Shown: one piece after another, positions 59,149-64,000 of the stretch
Layout: every line of letters starts with the position of its first letter
Position numbering within the stretch: the stretch's first letter is position 1
Notes under the pieces: model-generated
Database searches by the model: none
What the model was told of the DNA's origin: nothing
Seen by the model: only the letters and a program-made list of their open reading frames with translations
Position numbers and translations under genes: made by a program
Assembly: GCF_963534775.1 (NCBI RefSeq)
Contig: NZ_CAUSUH010000006.1
Reading direction: 5' to 3' (one strand)
DNA: 64,000 nucleotides
Source: Rothia mucilaginosa
GTDB taxonomy: Bacteria > Actinomycetota > Actinomycetes > Actinomycetales > Micrococcaceae

Positions 59149-60420
59149 CTACAAACCAGATACGCCAGTCGAACCAGACGAACCACGTGCAACAGGGCGC
59201 TGAGCACGATGCGGACCGTGCTCCGACACATGAGCCGGACCCGACTCATCGTGCGCCTGCGCCTTCGAACCCATGCGGCTCTTCTTCGCACCGCGCGCAC
59301 CGGCACTCAAACGCAGCACCAGAACCATCAGCACCGGGGCACCAATAAATGCGGTCACAATACCCACCTCAAGCTCACTGGGCATGACCAGAACGCGACC
59401 CAAAATATCGGAGGCAAGCACCAACACCGGGCCGTACACCAGCGACAGCGGCAGCACGCGCGCAATATCGGAACCCACCAGCAGACGCACCACATGCGGC
59501 ACGACCAGACCCACAAAACCAATCGGACCCGCAATTGCGGTCGCCGCACCACACAGCGCCATAATCGCAATAATCGTCGCGCCACGCACCAGCGTCACCG
59601 GCACGCCCAGGCCGGCTGCCGCATCCTCACCGAGCGCCAGGGCGCGCAGGGGACCAATCAGCATGAACGACAGCACCAGACCCAACGCCACAAAGGGCAG
59701 CGCCGAGAGCACCTGCTCAAAGGTGCGGTTCTCGAGCGAACCCACCACCCAGAAACGGTGCGAGTCAAAAGCCCTCGAATTAAACATCGTGATAATGCCG
59801 GTAATCGTGCCCAGGCAGGCGTTCACCGCCACACCCGTGAGCACCAGACGCGCCGTCGAATCCAGGTTCGGCTTAGAATCCACCAGACCCATGACGAACA
59901 CCAGCGCCGCCGCCAGACCCGAACCCAGTAGCGCCAGCCACAGCTGAACGAACGGGGACGACACCCCAAAAACGCCCACACCCACCACCACGGAGGCGGC
60001 AGCACCCGAGTTCACACCCAGCAGGCCCGGCTCAGCCAGCGGGTTACGGCTCAACGCCTGCATGAGCACACCCGACACCGCCAATGCGGCACCGACCAGC
60101 AACGCCGCGGCGGTACGCGGGGCACGCTTCGCCCAAATCAGCTTCGACTCGATGGTGTTTGCCTCCGGGTGGAGGAAACCGTCAATCGAGCGCTCCAGGG
60201 CGAACATGCGCGAACCCACCGCAAATGACAGGGCGCAGAGCAGCACCAGCAGAACGCCGCCAATGATGAGCGCAACCGCCAGGCGCGAGATGGACTTGCC
60301 GCCCCGGCCGCCCGAAGAAGCGCCAGATACGGCGTTCGAAGAAGCAGAGAGGGCACGAATTTTCGCCAGGGAAGCTTCGCTGACGGCGGGGCCGGAAGAG
60401 GTGGTGGTCTGTTGGGTCAT
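59149..60420 (-). CDS. FecCD-family iron-siderophore ABC permease (FepD-like)
   Basis: Contains RAPRT, RNPLAEPGLLGV, LGEDAAAGLG and GPIGFVGLVVPH. Confidence 0.92.
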   Translation of the reverse strand: MTQQTTTSSGPAVSEASLAKIRALSASSNAVSGASSGGRGGKSISRLAVALIIGGVLLVLLCALSFAVGSRMFALERSIDGFLHPEANTIESKLIWAKRAPRTAAALLVGAALAVSGVLMQALSRNPLAEPGLLGVNSGAAASVVVGVGVFGVSSPFVQLWLALLGSGLAAALVFVMGLVDSKPNLDSTARLVLTGVAVNACLGTITGIITMFNSRAFDSHRFWVVGSLENRTFEQVLSALPFVALGLVLSFMLIGPLRALALGEDAAAGLGVPVTLVRGATIIAIMALCGAATAIAGPIGFVGLVVPHVVRLLVGSDIARVLPLSLVYGPVLVLASDILGRVLVMPSELEVGIVTAFIGAPVLMVLVLRLSAGARGAKKSRMGSKAQAHDESGPAHVSEHGPHRAQRPVARGSSGSTGVSGL

Positions 60421-60511
60421 ATGCCTTGGAGGTGGTGGGGGAGCGGTGCGCTCCCGAGCGGGCGGAGGATGCTTAACGTATCAATAGATGATTATTAAGT
60501 ATCGCATATGC

Positions 60512-60530
60512 ATATATGAGGTTATCCTAA
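60512..60530. promoter_or_regulatory. Putative DtxR/IdeR iron box
   Basis: ATATATGAGGTTATCCTAA, 13/19 match to TTAGGTTAGSCTAACCTAA. Overlaps the -10-like TATCCT of the binding-protein gene in the divergent siderophore-uptake intergenic region. Confidence 0.55.
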
Positions 60531-60534
60531 TAAA

Positions 60535-61566
60535 ATGGCAAATATGACAAACAAGATCACCCGCCGCTCCTTCGGCGCACTCGCACTCGGTTCCTTCGGC
60601 GCCCTCGCCCTGGCGGCTTGCGGCTCCTCCAACACTTCCGGCTCTTCCTCCTCCGCGTCCGCTTCGGCGACCGGTAAGAAGGTTGCACCCTCCGCCTTGC
60701 CCTCCGGCATGGGCACCACCACCGTTGACGGCGAATTCCCCCGCACCGTCAAGCACTTCCGCGGTGAAACCACCATCAAATCCGCCCCCTCCAAGGTCGT
60801 GATTCTCTCTACCGGTCAGCTCGACGGCGTGCTCTCCCTGGGCATCGTGCCCGTTGGCGCAGCAACCGCCGGTGACGCCGACCTGGTCCCCGCCTACCTG
60901 AAGACCAAGTTCTCCAATAAGTCCGCAGAGCTCGACAAGATCGCCAAGGTCGGCAAGCGCACCGACCCGGACCTTGAGGCTATCGCGAACCTCAAGCCCG
61001 ACCTGATCCTCATCAACAACACCAACAAGAAGGACGAGCTGTACGAGTCCCTCGCCAAGATCGCGCCGACCGTGGTTACCGAGGGCACCGGCATCAACTG
61101 GAAGCAGGACTTCCTGCTGATTGCCGCCGCGCTGGGCACCACCGAGAAGGCTGAGAAGCTCATGGAGGAGTACAACTCCAAGGCGAAGTCGGTCGGCCAG
61201 AAGGCTGGCAGCGAGAAGACCTTCTCCTTCCTGTACGCTTCCGCTGACCGCACCCGCATCTTCGCGAAGTCCTCGTTTGTGGGCTCCATCTGCACGGATG
61301 CGTCCCTGGCACACCCCGCAGCTGCGCAGGTTGAGAAGACCTCCGTGGACCTGAGCTCCGAGCAGCTCGACCAGGCGGACGCCGACTACCTGTTCTACGG
61401 CGTGCAGGGTGGCGACGAGTCCAAGCTGACCAAGGAAGCCCTGTGGAGCACCCTCAAGGCTGTTACCGAGAAGCACGCGCACAGCGTGGACGCCGACATG
61501 TTCTTCCTGAACGCCGGCCCGGCTGCCGCGCTTGGCGTTCTGGAGACCATCGAGAAGGCGCTCTAA
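60535..61566 (+). CDS. Iron-siderophore ABC substrate-binding lipoprotein
   Basis: TRRSFG (Tat-like) and LAAC lipobox; contains FPRTVKH, PDLEAIANLKPDLI and KIAPTV. Confidence 0.92.
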   Translation: MANMTNKITRRSFGALALGSFGALALAACGSSNTSGSSSSASASATGKKVAPSALPSGMGTTTVDGEFPRTVKHFRGETTIKSAPSKVVILSTGQLDGVLSLGIVPVGAATAGDADLVPAYLKTKFSNKSAELDKIAKVGKRTDPDLEAIANLKPDLILINNTNKKDELYESLAKIAPTVVTEGTGINWKQDFLLIAAALGTTEKAEKLMEEYNSKAKSVGQKAGSEKTFSFLYASADRTRIFAKSSFVGSICTDASLAHPAAAQVEKTSVDLSSEQLDQADADYLFYGVQGGDESKLTKEALWSTLKAVTEKHAHSVDADMFFLNAGPAAALGVLETIEKAL

Positions 61567-61598
61567 GCCTTTCATAGTCTCTTATAGAGATTCACCGG

Positions 61599-61646
61599 GA
61601 AGCCCCGTCTTCTTACCCCGTATGAGGGTGAGGAGGCGGGGCTTTC
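61599..61646 (+). terminator. Stem-loop after the binding-protein gene
   Basis: GAAGCCCCGTCTTCTTACCC...GGGTGAGGAGGCGGGGCTTTC. Confidence 0.65.
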
Positions 61647-61816
61647 TGCGCGCTGTGCACCTGCTTTTTGCCCGCCGGATGCACTCGTGACCGGATTCGG
61701 TGCGCGCCCGCCCGAAATAGGGTCTAATGGGGGTAGAAGGCGCAGCGGTACCGTTGCCCGCGCCTGACACACCGAACCTTCCACACCGATTAATTCACCG
61801 ACGAAATGAGCATGTA

Positions 61817-62716
61817 ATGCCGAAGAATAAGCCCTCCGAAGAGACCCTGGCGCAGGTACGCCGCGTCATCGACGCACTCAACGAGCGTGGTGCCCGTAAG
61901 CAAGCAATCCGCCTCAAAGTGACCCGCCCCGACGCGCCGCTGCCGCAGACTGCCTCCAAGTTTGGTGGCCGCCCGTACCTGCCCGCCGGCGAGTTGCCGC
62001 CGACCAATGAGAAGGGTGAGCCGCTGGGCATGATCGCGCAGATCAACTGTGCCGACCTGCCCGAGAACGACATCTATCCGGCAACCGGTATGTTGCAGTT
62101 CTGGATTAACCCGAACGACGAAGAGTGCATGTGGGGTTACGACTACGAGAACCCTCTTTCGCAGAAGAATCACCGCGTCGTCTACTACGAGAAGCTGGGT
62201 GAGCCGAACCCCGATGCCCCGTTCCCGACCGTGAACTGGGACGACTACGGCTGGCCCTTTGGCCGTGACGGCAAGGGTACTGCCGAGGAGGTCGTCGAGT
62301 ACGCGCTCGCCTTCGAGCCCTGGAAGCAGGGCTTCCTGGATGGTGGCTACGAAATCTACGACCGGTTCGCTGACGCCTGGGACGAGATGTACCCGGACCA
62401 GAAGCTGCCCGAGGAACCGAACGCACGCGATGACGCCTCCTACAACCTGCTGGAGCCCTTTGAATCGGAGGAGAGGGATTACTCGCATATTGGCGGCTAC
62501 CCCTCGTTCGTGCAGGAGGACCCGCGTGACGAGTTCGAGGAGCTGCGCGGCCACACGGTGAACCTGCTGACCATCGAATCGGAGTGGGGCGAGGACGCCG
62601 AGGAGGGCGTGTACGTGATGTGGGGTGATGCCGGTGCGGCGAACTGGCTGATTACTCCGGAGGCGCTTGCCGCCCGCGACTTCTCGCAGGTCGTCTTTGA
62701 GTGGGCCTGCGGCTAG
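61817..62716 (+). CDS. DUF1963 / YwqG-family protein, copy 1
   Basis: Contains SKFGGRPYLP, AQINC, GMLQFW, IGGYPSFVQEDPR, MWGDAG and a terminal WACG. Confidence 0.85.
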   Translation: MPKNKPSEETLAQVRRVIDALNERGARKQAIRLKVTRPDAPLPQTASKFGGRPYLPAGELPPTNEKGEPLGMIAQINCADLPENDIYPATGMLQFWINPNDEECMWGYDYENPLSQKNHRVVYYEKLGEPNPDAPFPTVNWDDYGWPFGRDGKGTAEEVVEYALAFEPWKQGFLDGGYEIYDRFADAWDEMYPDQKLPEEPNARDDASYNLLEPFESEERDYSHIGGYPSFVQEDPRDEFEELRGHTVNLLTIESEWGEDAEEGVYVMWGDAGAANWLITPEALAARDFSQVVFEWACG

Positions 62717-62757
62717 ACACCGTACTACTTTCACATCATCAATGAGGAGATTCTAAG

Positions 62758-63678
62758 ATGCTCGACAACAAACCGTTCAAGGACATTGAGAAGCAGGCGA
62801 AGCACGTTATTGACCTGCTCAACCAGGAGGGCGCCCGTAAGAAGGCTATCGCCCTGAAGCCCTTCGTTCCCGCCGAGCCCTTGCCGCAGACCGCGTCCAA
62901 GTTTGGTGGCCGACCGTACCTGCCTGCCGGGGAGTCTGCGCCGACCAATGAGAAGGGTGAGCCGCTGGGCATGATCGCGCAGATTAACTGCGCTGAGCTG
63001 CCCGAGAACGATTTCTACCCGGCGACCGGTCTGTTGCAGTTCTGGCTCGACCCGAACGACGAAGAATGCTTGTGGGGCTTTGACTACGAGAACCCGCTCT
63101 CGCAGAAGAATCACCGCGTTGTCTACTATGAGACGTTGGGTGAGCCGAACCCGGATGCGCCGTTCCCCAACGTGGACTGGGACGAGGGCGGCTGGCCCAT
63201 TGGCGGTTTCGACTGTGAGAGCGGCCCGCTCGAAATTGAGTACGGCATGACCTTTGAGGTGCGTGAGCAGGGCGTGACTGCCTCCGGCTATGACTACTAC
63301 GACGTTTTTGGCGCGAAGTGGGATGAAACCTACCCGGATGAGTTGCTGCCCGAAGCGCACGAGAACCCGTATAAGAACCAGGCACGCCGCGAAGCCCTCT
63401 ACGAGCTGACGGAACCCTTCGAGTCGGAGGAAGAATACTCCCACGTGGGCGGATACCCGTTCTTTGTGCAGAATGACCCGCGTGAGGAGTTCAAGGAGCT
63501 GCGTGGCCATACGGTGAACCTGCTGACCATCGTCTCCGAATCGGAGAATGAGGAGAACGAAGACGAGGAGATTGAGATCATGTGGGGTGATGCCGGTTCG
63601 GCGAACTGGCTGATTACCCCGGAGGCGCTAGCCGCCCGCGACTTCACCAACGTCGTCTTTGAGTGGTCCTGCGGCTAA
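62758..63678 (+). CDS. DUF1963 / YwqG-family protein, copy 2
   Basis: Same motif set as copy 1; RBS GAGGAG. Confidence 0.87.
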   Translation: MLDNKPFKDIEKQAKHVIDLLNQEGARKKAIALKPFVPAEPLPQTASKFGGRPYLPAGESAPTNEKGEPLGMIAQINCAELPENDFYPATGLLQFWLDPNDEECLWGFDYENPLSQKNHRVVYYETLGEPNPDAPFPNVDWDEGGWPIGGFDCESGPLEIEYGMTFEVREQGVTASGYDYYDVFGAKWDETYPDELLPEAHENPYKNQARREALYELTEPFESEEEYSHVGGYPFFVQNDPREEFKELRGHTVNLLTIVSESENEENEDEEIEIMWGDAGSANWLITPEALAARDFTNVVFEWSCG

Positions 63679-63751
63679 AGCCCTGCCGCTAAGCCGGGGT
63701 TGCCTTCAACGCCGCCTCAGTTAGATACTGACTCGGCTAGCTGCACACCAG

Positions 63752-63790
63752 GGGAGGGGAATAGAGAATATCTGCTCTATTTCCCTCCCT
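63752..63790. terminator. Stem-loop between convergent genes
   Basis: GGGAGGGGAATAGAG...CTCTATTTCCCTCCC. Confidence 0.7.
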
Positions 63791-63815
63791 TCATGTACCT
63801 TTTATTCGGGCACTT

Positions 63816-64000
63816 CTAAACAGCGCGATACTTACGGTTCTTACTACGCGGCGGAGCCGTCGGGACAATCAGCTTCGCATCCATAAGATCGCGCAGGTCA
63901 TTCGTAATGGAAGTACGTGAAGCGCCCCGACCCCAATGCTCCTGGATAAACGCCGCGGAAACCGCCTCGCCCTGTGCACGCAGGCCGCGCACAATGCCGG
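63816..64000 (-). CDS. 3' end of a gene running off the window; winged-HTH-like C-terminus
   Basis: Reads ...GEAVSAAFIQEHWGRGASRTSITNDLRDLMDAKLIVPTAPPRSKNRKYRAV*. Resembles the C-terminal wHTH of AlbA/RecG-C-type ATP-binding proteins (inference). Confidence 0.6.
   Translation of the reverse strand, partial: GIVRGLRAQGEAVSAAFIQEHWGRGASRTSITNDLRDLMDAKLIVPTAPPRSKNRKYRAV

Overview
High-GC actinobacterial chromosome segment, very probably Rothia (Micrococcaceae; inferred from gene content, not from a search). The housekeeping backbone comprises metE-metF behind a SAM-I-type riboswitch, pdxS-pdxT, nadE, purA, corA, an M18 aminopeptidase and several transporters. Accessory loci are interleaved with it: two low-GC ABC exporters sharing an apparently identical 466-bp NBD segment; an orphan Phd/YefM antitoxin beside an oppositely oriented relE fragment; an atypical P450; a membrane + cupredoxin + NirK fusion; two GT87 mannosyltransferases; a repeat-flanked cassette with two paralogous lipoproteins; a Phd-Doc pair; three SLH-bearing subtilases; an array of five paralogous membrane proteins I cannot assign to any family; a siderophore ABC importer with a DtxR-like box; and two DUF1963/YwqG genes. 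A parS palindrome and six leaderless-type promoters are visible, and kilobase-scale G+T versus C+A strand-skew blocks recur across the window. No rRNA, tRNA, CRISPR array, transposase or integrase was seen. All family assignments come from reading motifs by eye.
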